Origin: a candidate division KSB3 bacterium
GTDB taxonomy: Bacteria; Moduliflexota; Moduliflexia; Moduliflexales; Moduliflexaceae
Reading direction: 5' to 3'
DNA: 64,000 nt
Assembly: GCA_002748425.1 (NCBI GenBank)
Contig: PDSJ01000010.1
Coordinates: 123,643-187,642 of the forward strand
The notes below the pieces were generated by a model. It was not told the DNA's origin. It saw nothing but the letters and a program-made list of their open reading frames with translations, and searched no databases. How positions within the stretch are numbered: position 1 is the stretch's first letter; every line of letters starts with the position of its first letter. The position numbers and the translations under genes were made by a program. Shown piece by piece: positions 39,636-49,873 of this stretch.

Positions 39636-40382
39636 ATGATGGAATTTGAAGGGAAGACGGCTCTAATCACTGGGGCCGTTCGAGGTATTGGCCGGGCTGT
39701 GGCGCTGAATTTGGCGCACGCTGGAGCCGATATTGCCGCAGTCTATCAAAAAAATCAGGAAAAAGCCGCTGAACTCGTGAACGAGATCGAGGCACTCGGC
39801 CGAAGATGTTTGTCGCTGCAGGCAAACGTGGCGGTCGAAGACGAGGTGGACGCCGCAGTGAACGCCACGCTGGAGACATTCGGGCGGATCGATATCTTGA
39901 TCAATAACGCTGGCATCACCAGAGATACCTTGATTCTGCGTATGAAGGGTGGGGACTGGCGGGACGTCATTGATGTCAACCTTTCCGGTATGTTCTATTG
40001 TGTGAAGGCCGTCACCAAACCCATGTTCAAACAGCGTAGAGGGAAGATCGTGTTTATCAGCTCGATTATTGCTGCAACGGGCAACGCGGGCCAGGCTAAT
40101 TATGCGGCATCGAAAGCCGGGACGATCGGTCTGATGAAATCCGTTGCAAAAGAATTTGCCGGCAGAGGCATTCAGGTCAATGCCGTGGCTCCCGGATTTA
40201 TCGACACTGATATGACAAGCAGCTTGCAGGAAGATCTTCGAAAGCACTACATGGAACAGATCCCTCTGAAGCGCTTTGGAACGGCAGATGACGTCGCCGA
40301 GACCGTACGATTTTTAGTCTCGGAGAAGGCCGACTATATCACTGGCCAGCTTATCCACGTAAATGGTGGATTGTATATGTAG
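39636..40382 (+). CDS. fabG: 3-oxoacyl-[acyl-carrier-protein] reductase
   Basis: GAVRGIGRAVA Rossmann motif. NNAGI. Catalytic YAASKAG. Confidence 0.9.
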   Translation: MMEFEGKTALITGAVRGIGRAVALNLAHAGADIAAVYQKNQEKAAELVNEIEALGRRCLSLQANVAVEDEVDAAVNATLETFGRIDILINNAGITRDTLILRMKGGDWRDVIDVNLSGMFYCVKAVTKPMFKQRRGKIVFISSIIAATGNAGQANYAASKAGTIGLMKSVAKEFAGRGIQVNAVAPGFIDTDMTSSLQEDLRKHYMEQIPLKRFGTADDVAETVRFLVSEKADYITGQLIHVNGGLYM

Positions 40383-40434
40383 CATGAGTTGTACGATCGT
40401 GGAACAGTAACCCCATAAGAAGAAGGAGAATATC

Positions 40435-40665
40435 ATGGCAGATCTGGATAGAATTAAAGCCATTGTTGCAGAACAGTTAGGCGTGGATGAATCTGAAGTG
40501 ACCGAAGAGGCATCGTTTGTTGATGATCTCGGCGCGGATTCGCTGGATACGGTAGAACTCGTGATGGCCCTGGAAGAAGAATTCGGTATTGAAATTCCCG
40601 ATGAAGACGCAGAAAAAATCAGTACTGTGAAAGATGCTGTCACATACATCGCGGAGCACGAATAA
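40435..40665 (+). CDS. acpP: Acyl carrier protein
   Basis: [21 protein letters not shown] phosphopantetheine-attachment site. Confidence 0.95.
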   Translation: MADLDRIKAIVAEQLGVDESEVTEEASFVDDLGADSLDTVELVMALEEEFGIEIPDEDAEKISTVKDAVTYIAEHE

Positions 40666-40787
40666 GAAAGAAGTTCGACGGCTTTCTCTCAAGAGAATGA
40701 GCCCGGCGCAGGAGCGCCTGGACAACTCCAGCATCCTGCGTTGCCTAGGCGCGAGTCGCTTTCAACATGCCCCGGTAATCTGAGACT

Positions 40788-41594
40788 ATGCGAGAAACAC
40801 AACAGCACGAAAAGCAATCCTGGTGGCAGCGGATCATTCGTAAAAAGTCCAGATCTGGAGCCCTGGAGCGCGGGCTGATCGCTCGTCTTCGGCCTGAAGA
40901 CTATGAGGAGTTGTATCACAATCTGGGCTATCGTTTCCAGCACAACGCCTTGCTTCGCCAGGCACTGACCCATCGTTCGTTCATGAACGAGTTCAGCCAT
41001 CCTGAAATTGAGGACAATGAACGTTTTGAATTCTTCGGGGATTCGATCCTGGGTTTTGTGATTTGTGACTTTCTCTTTCGCACCTATCCTCACCTTCATG
41101 AGGGTGAGCTCTCGAAAATCAAATCGCATATTGTCAGTGAGCCCTTTCTGGCCGAGATTGCCAGAGACCTCGATTTAGGCTCGTTTCTTTTGCTTGGCAA
41201 AGGAGAAGCTGCGAGCGGCGGACATGAGAAAAATTCACTGATGTCCGATTGTTACGAAGCAGTCGTGGCAGCTGTTTATCTTGACGGCGGGATCGAGCCT
41301 GCGCGAGATTTTCTTCTGCGCTGTTTTCGGGAGCGTGTGATCAATTTGATTGAGAACCAGGATATTCTTGATCACAAATCGCTCTTGCAGGAGCGCGCGC
41401 AGGCGATGTTCGGCTCCACCCCGCGTTACAGGCTTCAGCACACTTGTGGTCCGGCACATAATAAAACGTACGAGATTCAGGTACTGCTCAATAAGGAGGT
41501 CTTCAGCTCCGGTAAGGGAAAAAACAAGAAAGAAGCCGAACAAGCTGCTGCCAAAGCCGCTCTGGCAAAGCTCAACATCCATAAGCAAGAATGA
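40788..41594 (+). CDS. rnc: Ribonuclease III
   Basis: ERFEFFGDSILG catalytic signature and a C-terminal dsRBD (GKGKNKKEAEQAAAKAAL). Confidence 0.9.
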   Translation: MRETQQHEKQSWWQRIIRKKSRSGALERGLIARLRPEDYEELYHNLGYRFQHNALLRQALTHRSFMNEFSHPEIEDNERFEFFGDSILGFVICDFLFRTYPHLHEGELSKIKSHIVSEPFLAEIARDLDLGSFLLLGKGEAASGGHEKNSLMSDCYEAVVAAVYLDGGIEPARDFLLRCFRERVINLIENQDILDHKSLLQERAQAMFGSTPRYRLQHTCGPAHNKTYEIQVLLNKEVFSSGKGKNKKEAEQAAAKAALAKLNIHKQE

Positions 41595-41699
41595 GAGTGA
41601 CGTGTTTCGGCGCTTCAGTGTTGCTGCGTTTCATTGATTGTCCTCTGCATTCGCTTTTCTCCAAAACGCCTGACACTCAAACGCTCAAACATCTGAACT

Positions 41700-42809
41700 A
41701 TGCGTGTTGCGTTTATTCATGACTGGTTGAACGGTATGCGAGGTGGCGAGCGCTGTCTTGAAGCCCTCTGTGAACTCTATCCCAAAGCAGATCTTTATAG
41801 CTTGTTTTATGAACCAGGCACACTGTCTCCTACCATCGAATCGATGTGTATCCAGACCAGTTTCATACAAAAACTACCTGGCGTTTTCAAGAAATATCGT
41901 CATTATCTTCCGCTTTTTCCAGTGGCGATCGAGCAATTTGACTTGCGGAACTATGAGCTGGTCGTGAGCCTGAGCCATTGTGTCGCCAACGGCGTGATTA
42001 CGCGCCCTCAATGCTGTCATATCGGCTATACATTTACTCCGATGCGCTATGCCTGGGATTTGTATCAGGACTACTTCGGCGGAGACCGGGCAACAGGCGT
42101 TGTGCGCTGGGTTATTCCCTATTTTATGAATTACCTGCGTATCTGGGATACGGCAGCGAGCAAGCGGGTAGATCATTTTATTGCCATCTCGAACTATATT
42201 AAGCAGCGCATTAACAAACACTATCGCCGCCCGGCGGACGTGATCTATCCCCCGGTCGATACCGACTTTTACACGCCTTCCTCCGAGGACGCTCCCGGAG
42301 AATTTTACCTGATCGTCTCAGCGTTTGCGCCCTACAAAAAGATCGATCTCGCGATTGAAGCCTTTAACCGCCTGGGATATGCGCTGAAAATTATTGGTCG
42401 GGGACAAGAGGCCAAACGGCTGCAATCACTTGCTCGCCCGAATATCGAATTGCTTGGAGCATTATCGGATGAAGACGTTCGCGATCATTATCGCCGCTGT
42501 AAGGCGCTCATTTTCCCCGGAGAAGAAGATTTCGGCATTGTTCCGGCAGAGGCGCAGGCCTGCGGCCGTCCGGTCATCGCGTTTGCCAGAGGCGGCGCAA
42601 CGGAGACAACGGTGGAAAAAGACACGGCTGTGTGGTTCCACGAGCAAAGCGTCGACGCGATCGCGGCAGCCGTCAAGGAGTTTGAATCCCGCGATTTTTC
42701 CCCAACACGAATCCGCAACAACGCCGTCCGCTTTGCCAAATCCCGTTTTCAACAGGAAATGTACTCCTGTATCGAAGAAAAATTGAGCAGAAGCCGACAA
42801 ATCCCTTGA
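41700..42809 (+). CDS. Glycosyltransferase family 4 (GT-B)
   Basis: MRVAFIHDWLNGMRGGE N-terminus and an E-x7-E-like C-terminal half (FPGEEDFGIVPAEAQACGRPVIA). Confidence 0.8.
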   Translation: MRVAFIHDWLNGMRGGERCLEALCELYPKADLYSLFYEPGTLSPTIESMCIQTSFIQKLPGVFKKYRHYLPLFPVAIEQFDLRNYELVVSLSHCVANGVITRPQCCHIGYTFTPMRYAWDLYQDYFGGDRATGVVRWVIPYFMNYLRIWDTAASKRVDHFIAISNYIKQRINKHYRRPADVIYPPVDTDFYTPSSEDAPGEFYLIVSAFAPYKKIDLAIEAFNRLGYALKIIGRGQEAKRLQSLARPNIELLGALSDEDVRDHYRRCKALIFPGEEDFGIVPAEAQACGRPVIAFARGGATETTVEKDTAVWFHEQSVDAIAAAVKEFESRDFSPTRIRNNAVRFAKSRFQQEMYSCIEEKLSRSRQIP

Positions 42810-42947
42810 CATTTTCTTCTTGAGTCCCGATTCTTTTTTTAGACATGTTCTTGTTAGAAGTCTGAACATTACAGCCGCATTCCCCAGCTCGCGTGACACT
42901 GTGTGTTCTTGTATTCGAGGGACGGCTATGGACAGGAGGTCTTTTTG

Positions 42948-44222
42948 ATGGCGCGAACACGGCTGGCTCCTCAAGTCTTCAAAGTTCCGATCGATAAAAT
43001 TCGAGCCGGGTATTACTCTGACAAATATTTCCTGCGAGTCAGTCAAATCCTCCGAAAGGAACAGCATAATCCTCGCGTCCTCTATCAGTTCTTTGTGAGA
43101 AAACCGGCTGTCGTCGTGGGCCTTGATGAAGTTCTTGCCATTTTACAATATTGTACTGGCTATTACGCTGATGAACAAAAGGCGAAGCTTTTGTATCGGG
43201 AGCTTCGGGAAACACAATACAAGCTGTATTCGGCCTCACCCGGAGGAAATGAAGAGGACGTCCTGCAGTTGAGCGCGTCCCGCCATAGCCTTCGACAGCA
43301 GCTCAACAGCCTATGGGTGAACTGCCGGGATCAGGTTCTTGTCAAAGCCCTTTATGACGGAGATCGAGTCGACCCCTGGGAACCTTTTCTGACGATTGAA
43401 GGCCCTCAGCAATATTTTGCGTATCTCGAAACCATCTTGTTGGGAACAATCGCCCGTCCGACAGCCACAGCCACGGCTACGGCAAAAGTCGTACACGCTG
43501 CTCGTGGAAAACCGATCCTCTTTTTCCCGGCCCGTTTCGATCATTTTTGGGTGCAGGCCACGGACGGATATGCTGCCATGAAAGCCGGCGCCTTTGGAGT
43601 AAGTACCGATGCGAATGCTTATTATTGGGGGGCTGAGGGGCTGGGAACCATTCCCCATGCCTTGATCGGGGCCTATGGTGGTTCAACCAGTGAAGCCTGT
43701 CTGGCTTTCGATCGTTGCATCGACGGTAATGTCAACCGGATTGCCCTGGTGGATTGGGAGAACGATTGTATCGGAACGACCCTCAAGGTGGTAAAAGCGT
43801 ACGCTGCCGCTTATTGCGGCAGCGAGGCCGTTGAGAATTGGCCGAAAGTCATCGGACCGGGAAAGAATAAGTTATGGGGAGTACGTTTTGATACAGGCAA
43901 AACATTACGTGACAAATCGATTGTGCCGCAGGATCAATTGAGTTTAGGAGTCTGCCCGGAACTCGTGTACCGCGCTCGACAGGAGTTTGATAAGCATGGA
44001 ATGCGGGAATTGAAGATCATGGTCTCTGGAGGATTTGACGCCAAACGCATTGAGATGTTTGAAAAGCTTGCCCTGCCTGTCGATTCCTATGGTGTCGGGT
44101 CCAGTCTTTTTCAGGAAAAAATCGATGTGACGGCTGATGTGGTGAAAGTCAACGGAAGACATTGTGCCAAATTCGGGCGTAAAGCCGGGAATTTCGACCG
44201 CTTGGAGTATGTAGAGCCATGA
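42948..44222 (+). CDS. Nicotinate phosphoribosyltransferase family protein
   Basis: IRAGYYSDKYF N-terminal motif. VRFDTGK. MVSGGFD...YGVGSSL. AGGAGG Shine-Dalgarno 9 nt before the ATG at 42948. The ORF track start at 42903 is a GTG. Confidence 0.7.
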   Translation: MARTRLAPQVFKVPIDKIRAGYYSDKYFLRVSQILRKEQHNPRVLYQFFVRKPAVVVGLDEVLAILQYCTGYYADEQKAKLLYRELRETQYKLYSASPGGNEEDVLQLSASRHSLRQQLNSLWVNCRDQVLVKALYDGDRVDPWEPFLTIEGPQQYFAYLETILLGTIARPTATATATAKVVHAARGKPILFFPARFDHFWVQATDGYAAMKAGAFGVSTDANAYYWGAEGLGTIPHALIGAYGGSTSEACLAFDRCIDGNVNRIALVDWENDCIGTTLKVVKAYAAAYCGSEAVENWPKVIGPGKNKLWGVRFDTGKTLRDKSIVPQDQLSLGVCPELVYRARQEFDKHGMRELKIMVSGGFDAKRIEMFEKLALPVDSYGVGSSLFQEKIDVTADVVKVNGRHCAKFGRKAGNFDRLEYVEP

Positions 44223-44291
44223 AAAGGGAGGAGAACACGCGCCTTGGGGCAGCGGCGGTGCTCCCGTGAAGATGCAACGCAAATACACAAC

Positions 44292-44320
44292 ACGCTCCTG
44301 CACTGCACATGCAGGAGCGT
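44292..44320. terminator. Bidirectional terminator hairpin between convergent genes
   Basis: ACGCTCCTGCA-CTGCACA-TGCAGGAGCGT, a perfect 11-bp stem. Confidence 0.5.
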
Positions 44321-44359
44321 TGAGAGAGAGCAGCGTGTCTCTAGTGTGTGACAGGCTGA

Positions 44360-47038
44360 TTATTCAGCAGCCAACTTTGCCTGTGCTGCGGCCAGCCGGG
44401 CGACCGGTACACGGTAGGGCGAACAACTCACATAATTCAGTCCCAGATTGTGGCAAATCGCGATCGATTTGGGCTCACCGCCGTGCTCGCCGCAAATACC
44501 GATTTTCAAATCCGGACGGGCCGCGCGGCCATCTTCAACCGCGATCTGCATGATTCGCTTGACGCCGACCGGTTCGATCGACACAAACGGATCTTCCGGC
44601 CAGATGCCTTTCGCAACATATTCCTGCAGGAATTTTCCAGAGTCGTCACGACTGATCCCCATAGTAAACTGGGTCAAATCGTTGGTCCCGAATGAGAAGA
44701 ACTGCGCATGCTCGGCAACTTCACTGGCGGTCAAAGCAGCACGCGGCACTTCGATCATCGTTCCGACAGTGTAATCTAGTTCCACACATTCCCTTTCAAT
44801 GATCTCATCAGCGATTTTCACAACACGCTCTCTCAGGTAGGCCAGCTCTTTGGCTGTTCCGACAAGCGGGATCATCACTTCCGGACGAGCATCGACGTTT
44901 TGTTTTTTGAGCTCGACAGCAGCTTCGAAAATGGCCTGAACCTGCATATCGTAAATTTCCGGGAACGTGACAGCCAAACGGCAGCCACGATGACCGAGCA
45001 TCGGGTTGAATTCGTGCAGGGCATTCACATCGGCCAGCAGGTCTTCTTTCTCTTTCAGCGCCCGATAGAGTGTATCGATTTCAGCAAGGCTGCCCGCTTT
45101 GGTCATGCTCATTTTCAGTTCGGCCATTTCTGCGTTGATATGTTGAACGCTCGGCAGGAACTCGTGCAGCGGCGGATCCAATAAACGGATCGTGACCGGT
45201 AAGCCCTGCATCACTTCGAGAATGCCTTTAAAATCGCTGCGTTGCATCGGGAGAAGTTCCGACAGGGCGGTTTTGCGCAGGTCTTCATCGTCAGCCATAA
45301 TCATGCGGCGCACGATCGGGATACGATCTTCGGCAAAAAACATATGTTCGGTACGACAAAGGCCGATGCCTTTGGCGCCGAAATCCCTGGCAATACTTGC
45401 ATCTCTGGGGGTATCGGCGTTGGTCCAGACGCCCAGGGTTTTAATTTCATCGGCCCATGTCATCAATGTTTCAAAATTTCCACTGATTTCAGGTTTGATC
45501 AGTGGAGCACGACCGACGATCACCTCGCCTTTTGATCCGTCCAGGGTGATGTAGTCTCCATGTTTTACTTTCACGCTTCCGACGGTGAAGACTCCGGCGG
45601 CTTCGTTAATGCGGATGGCCCCACAGCCGACGATGCAACATTTCCCCATACCGCGCGCAACAACGGCTGCATGTGATGTCATACCGCCGATCGCGGTCAA
45701 AATCCCTTGAGCAGCATGCATTCCGCCGACATCCTCCGGAGTGGTTTCCGGACGCACCAGAATTACTTTTTCACCGTGTTCAGCAGCTTTTTCAGCTTCT
45801 TCCGGGGTAAAAACGACTTTTCCGACCGCTGCACCCGGGGAAGCAGGCAGTCCTTTTGCGAGCACGTCCACTTTGGCTTTTGGATCGATCATCGGATGTA
45901 ACAGTTGATCTAACTGAGCTGGTTCAACGCGCTGAACAGCCGTTTCTTTCGAGATCATGCCTTCTTCCACCATTTCTACGGCAATACGGATTGCAGCAGC
46001 AGCGGTCCGTTTTCCGGTACGGGTCTGCAGCATGTAGAGCGTACCTTCCTGGATAGTAAACTCGATATCCTGCATATCGCGGTAATGGCCTTCCAGTTTT
46101 TTGTAAATTCCTTCTAATTGATCGTACACTGCCGGCATCACATTCTTCAGTTCAACGATTTCCGAGGGAGTGCGAATTCCGGCGACAACATCCTCACCTT
46201 GAGCGTTGATCAGGTATTCGCCGAAGAATTTTTTCTCGCCAGTTGCCGGGTCGCGGGTAAAGGCCACACCGGTTCCCGATCCGCCGCCCATATTGCCGTA
46301 AACCATAGTTTGTACGTTGACAGCAGTGCCCCAGTTATCAGGAATATTATTGATTTGGCGGTATTTGATGGCGCGGGTGTTGTTCCACGATCCAAAAACG
46401 GCGTTAATGGCGTGTTTCAGCTGTTCAAGGGGTTCTTCTGGAAAAGGCGCACCAGTTTTTTTTGTAATCAGTGCTTTGAAATCTTCGACCACAGCTTTCA
46501 GGTCGTCGACATCCAGTTCAGTATCCAGGTCTACGCCTTTGGCTTTTTTGCGTTTTTGCAGGAGTTCTTCAAATTCGGCATGTTCCAGTTCCAGGACGAC
46601 ATCGCCAAACATCGTCAGAAAACGACGGTAACTATCATAGGCAAAACGAGGGTTTCCGGTTTTTTTCGCAATCGCTTCCGCCGTCGCATCATTCATTCCC
46701 AGGTTGAGCACCGTGTCCATCATACCAGGCATTGAGACACGGGCACCGGAACGCACCGACACCAGCAAGGGATTCTCACTGCCGAACTTCGCCCCCATTG
46801 CCGTTTCCAGCTTTTTGACGTTCTCCAGCACCTGATCCCACATTCCTTCAGGGTAAGCCCCATTCAGTTTCTGATACTCAATGCAAGCTTCCGTGGTAAT
46901 TGAAAAGCCCGGAGGAACCGGAATTCCCAGATTGGCCATTTCTGCAAGATTCGAGCCTTTTCCTCCTAAAAGGTTCTTCATTTCCGCTTTACCTTCGGTC
47001 TGATCTGCTCCAAAGAAGTATACCCATTTTGTAGACAT
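44360..47038 (-). CDS. ppdK: Pyruvate, phosphate dikinase
   Basis: 892 aa. ATP-grasp N-terminus. Central phosphohistidine domain GGMTSHAAVVARGMG. PEP-utilising C-terminal TIM barrel. AGGAGG Shine-Dalgarno upstream. Confidence 0.95.
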   Translation of the reverse strand: MSTKWVYFFGADQTEGKAEMKNLLGGKGSNLAEMANLGIPVPPGFSITTEACIEYQKLNGAYPEGMWDQVLENVKKLETAMGAKFGSENPLLVSVRSGARVSMPGMMDTVLNLGMNDATAEAIAKKTGNPRFAYDSYRRFLTMFGDVVLELEHAEFEELLQKRKKAKGVDLDTELDVDDLKAVVEDFKALITKKTGAPFPEEPLEQLKHAINAVFGSWNNTRAIKYRQINNIPDNWGTAVNVQTMVYGNMGGGSGTGVAFTRDPATGEKKFFGEYLINAQGEDVVAGIRTPSEIVELKNVMPAVYDQLEGIYKKLEGHYRDMQDIEFTIQEGTLYMLQTRTGKRTAAAAIRIAVEMVEEGMISKETAVQRVEPAQLDQLLHPMIDPKAKVDVLAKGLPASPGAAVGKVVFTPEEAEKAAEHGEKVILVRPETTPEDVGGMHAAQGILTAIGGMTSHAAVVARGMGKCCIVGCGAIRINEAAGVFTVGSVKVKHGDYITLDGSKGEVIVGRAPLIKPEISGNFETLMTWADEIKTLGVWTNADTPRDASIARDFGAKGIGLCRTEHMFFAEDRIPIVRRMIMADDEDLRKTALSELLPMQRSDFKGILEVMQGLPVTIRLLDPPLHEFLPSVQHINAEMAELKMSMTKAGSLAEIDTLYRALKEKEDLLADVNALHEFNPMLGHRGCRLAVTFPEIYDMQVQAIFEAAVELKKQNVDARPEVMIPLVGTAKELAYLRERVVKIADEIIERECVELDYTVGTMIEVPRAALTASEVAEHAQFFSFGTNDLTQFTMGISRDDSGKFLQEYVAKGIWPEDPFVSIEPVGVKRIMQIAVEDGRAARPDLKIGICGEHGGEPKSIAICHNLGLNYVSCSPYRVPVARLAAAQAKLAAE

Positions 47039-47330
47039 GTGCTAACCTCCTGATATAGTGTTATCTCCTGTGTGTTCACATGGAAGATACAGACGACTGA
47101 CTGTATTTCCTTAAATAATGAGAACAAGAATGCGATCGTTGAGTTTCATAAGCCCATCTAACCCAGCAAAGGCAATTCATAATCTTTGTCAAATAAAATC
47201 TAGCGGAAGTGTAAGAAGTGCTGAAATCCAGGAAGACTTTTCATTTGACAAGAATTGGTGATTGAGGATTGACTGCATTGATGAAGGCTGGATGCATGTG
47301 TACGGCAATCCAACAATCCCGAAAAAGCTT

Positions 47331-48191
47331 ATGCCGGACAAACAATGGACGATTCTGGAGATTCTCCGGTGGACAACGGATTTTTTTAGGCAGAAAGGCG
47401 TGGACAGTCCCCGTTTAACAGCAGAAGTCTTGCTGGCGCATGTCCTCGAACAGGAGCGAATTTACCTCTATGTCCATTTCGATCAGCCGCTCGCGTATGA
47501 GGAGCGGGAACGCTATAAAGTGCTGATTCGGCGCTGCGCGAACGGTGAGCCGACACAATATCTGACCGGTGTTCAGGAGTTCTGGTCGCTGACGTTTGAG
47601 GTCACACCAGCCGTACTCGTGCCTCGTCCGGAAACCGAGCATCTGGTAGAAGCTGCTCTTACATGTGCTGTAAGCGAAGCGCAGCCCAAAATCCTCGATA
47701 TCGGTACTGGCTGCGGCGTGATCGCAATCTGCCTGAAACATGAACTTCCAGGAGCTGAAGTGTTTGCCGGTGATATCTCCGAAGATGCCTTGAACGTGGC
47801 TATGCAGAATGCGGAGCGGTTGTTGAACGACGGAAACAGTATCTCATTTCGTCAGGGAGATCTTTTCACGCCATTCTCAGGTATGCGTTTTGATCTGCTT
47901 ATCTCAAACCCTCCCTACATTTCTACCCGGCAGTATGAGGCATTAGAGCGGAAAATCAGAGATTATGAGCCGGCGTGTGCGCTTCATGCCGGGGAAGAGG
48001 GGCTGGATATCTACCGCCGTCTGATCGCGAACGCAGCTGATTACCTTAAGCCTGAAGGCTGCGTCCTGCTAGAAATTGGTCAGGGGCAGAAAGATGCGGT
48101 CGTTGAATTGTTTGACGCAGAGCGCTTCAGTATCCGAAAAATTATCAACGATTACGCAGGCATCGAACGCGTGATTATCGCCGGGCTGTAA
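47331..48191 (+). CDS. prmC: Release factor glutamine methyltransferase (HemK/PrmC)
   Basis: NPPY motif (LISNPPYIS). DIGTGCGVIAI SAM-binding motif. The internal ATG at 47331 gives a typical 286-aa length. Confidence 0.85.
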   Translation: MPDKQWTILEILRWTTDFFRQKGVDSPRLTAEVLLAHVLEQERIYLYVHFDQPLAYEERERYKVLIRRCANGEPTQYLTGVQEFWSLTFEVTPAVLVPRPETEHLVEAALTCAVSEAQPKILDIGTGCGVIAICLKHELPGAEVFAGDISEDALNVAMQNAERLLNDGNSISFRQGDLFTPFSGMRFDLLISNPPYISTRQYEALERKIRDYEPACALHAGEEGLDIYRRLIANAADYLKPEGCVLLEIGQGQKDAVVELFDAERFSIRKIINDYAGIERVIIAGL

Positions 48192-48321
48192 AGGATTCTG
48201 GCAGAAATGTCGTGATTGTGAGTCTGCGCACATTTGAATGACGAAGAGAGTCACAAAAACCGCCGCTGCTTTCTGCTGGAGTTAATACTGCGTTGCGTGA
48301 ATCTTCATACGGATTCTTTCT

Positions 48322-49866
48322 ATGAAATCAGCTTCCTCACACCATACGGTCTTAATCGTCGATGACAGTCCGGCCAATCTCAGCATGTTGACCGGTTCGC
48401 TGAAGGAATTCGGCTATAAGACGCCGATTGCCCGGAATGGTGAGACTGCTGTTGTGCGGGCACAGTTGAAGCAGCCGGATATTATTTTGCTGGATATCGT
48501 TATGCCGGGGATTGACGGCTTTGAAACCTGTCGCCGTCTGAAAATGAATGAAGCGACCAAAGCCATTCCGGTTATCTTTATGACGGCACGTACAGGAACT
48601 CAGGATAAATTGAAGGGCTTTGAAGTGGGCGGCGTGGATTATGTCACCAAACCCTTTCAGCAAGAAGAGGTCCTGGCGCGCGTCGCAACGCATTTACGAA
48701 TTCGGAAGCTGGAGCAAAGTCTGAGAGAGCAAAGCGCGAAACTCGGAGAAGCCAATCAGGAAATTCATCTGCTGAACGAACAGCTTCGGGCAGAGAACGT
48801 TCGAGTGAGCGAGTGCTTGAAAGAATCTGAATCCAAGTATCAGACCCTGGTTGAGGAGTTGAGCGACGGCTATTTTGTTCTTGAGGATGACGTGATTGTG
48901 TTTGCGAACCAGGCTTTTGCCCGCATGCATGGCTATTCACAGGAAGAAGTGCTTGGGAAGAATTTTTTTCTTTTTGTCGATCCGGAAAGCCGGGAAGACG
49001 TCACCGGGATTTACCGGAACGCCCGTCAGAACATGCCGAAGTCAGCCCTGCTGGAATATCAGCGCCTCACAAAAGACGGACAGAGCTTATCGACAGAGAT
49101 GACAGCCAAGACCACCAGTTACGAGCGGAAAATCGTCAGTATCGGACTGTGCCGTGACATCACGGAGCGCCTTGAGATGGCGCATCGCATTCGTGACGCG
49201 GAACGCATGGCCTATATCGGCCGCATCACGACATCGCTTTCTCACGAAATTCGCAATCCGCTGTCAGCGATTAAGATGAATTTACGCATTCTGCAAACAG
49301 CTCGCAAGTTTAGCGATAGTGATTGGCGGCACATTGACATTGCCGTGAATGAAGTTACGCGGCTTGAAGAAATTTTGGACGAATTGTTGGACTTTGCCAA
49401 GCCTCTTCGGCTCACCATGGGAAAGTGTGCCGTGAATGACGTATTGCGCGAATGCCTCGACCTGCTTTCTGTGAAATTCGAACAGAAATCTTTGCGTGTC
49501 GTGCAGAGTTTTGCGGCAGATATTCCAACGATCTATGCTGATCAAAAGAAGCTTGCTCAAGCCTTTTTGAATCTGTTACTGAATGCGTTTGAGGCTTCCG
49601 GGCAGAACGGACGGATCTGGGTAAAAAGTGCCTATTACACGGATCAGAATGAGCCCAGGGTGGACCTTGTTGTTGAAGATGACGGCTCAGGCCTTCCCCA
49701 GGATCGGGCACAAGACATTTTTAAGCCGTTTGTTACGACCAAGGAGGACGGGACAGGTTTGGGGCTGACCAATACACTTCGAATCCTCGATGCCCACGGT
49801 GGATGGCTCAAGGCCGCCAACCGGAAACCGCAGGGAGCGTCATTTCACGTGTATCTCCCGGTTTAA
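48322..49866 (+). CDS. Hybrid response regulator/sensor histidine kinase (N-terminal REC, coiled coil, PAS, HisKA, HATPase_c)
   Basis: REC motifs LIVDDSP...DIILLDIVMPGIDGFE. H-box SLSHEIRNPL. G-boxes DDGSGL and GTGLGL. Confidence 0.8.
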   Translation: MKSASSHHTVLIVDDSPANLSMLTGSLKEFGYKTPIARNGETAVVRAQLKQPDIILLDIVMPGIDGFETCRRLKMNEATKAIPVIFMTARTGTQDKLKGFEVGGVDYVTKPFQQEEVLARVATHLRIRKLEQSLREQSAKLGEANQEIHLLNEQLRAENVRVSECLKESESKYQTLVEELSDGYFVLEDDVIVFANQAFARMHGYSQEEVLGKNFFLFVDPESREDVTGIYRNARQNMPKSALLEYQRLTKDGQSLSTEMTAKTTSYERKIVSIGLCRDITERLEMAHRIRDAERMAYIGRITTSLSHEIRNPLSAIKMNLRILQTARKFSDSDWRHIDIAVNEVTRLEEILDELLDFAKPLRLTMGKCAVNDVLRECLDLLSVKFEQKSLRVVQSFAADIPTIYADQKKLAQAFLNLLLNAFEASGQNGRIWVKSAYYTDQNEPRVDLVVEDDGSGLPQDRAQDIFKPFVTTKEDGTGLGLTNTLRILDAHGGWLKAANRKPQGASFHVYLPV

Positions 49867-49873
49867 GCTGCTT

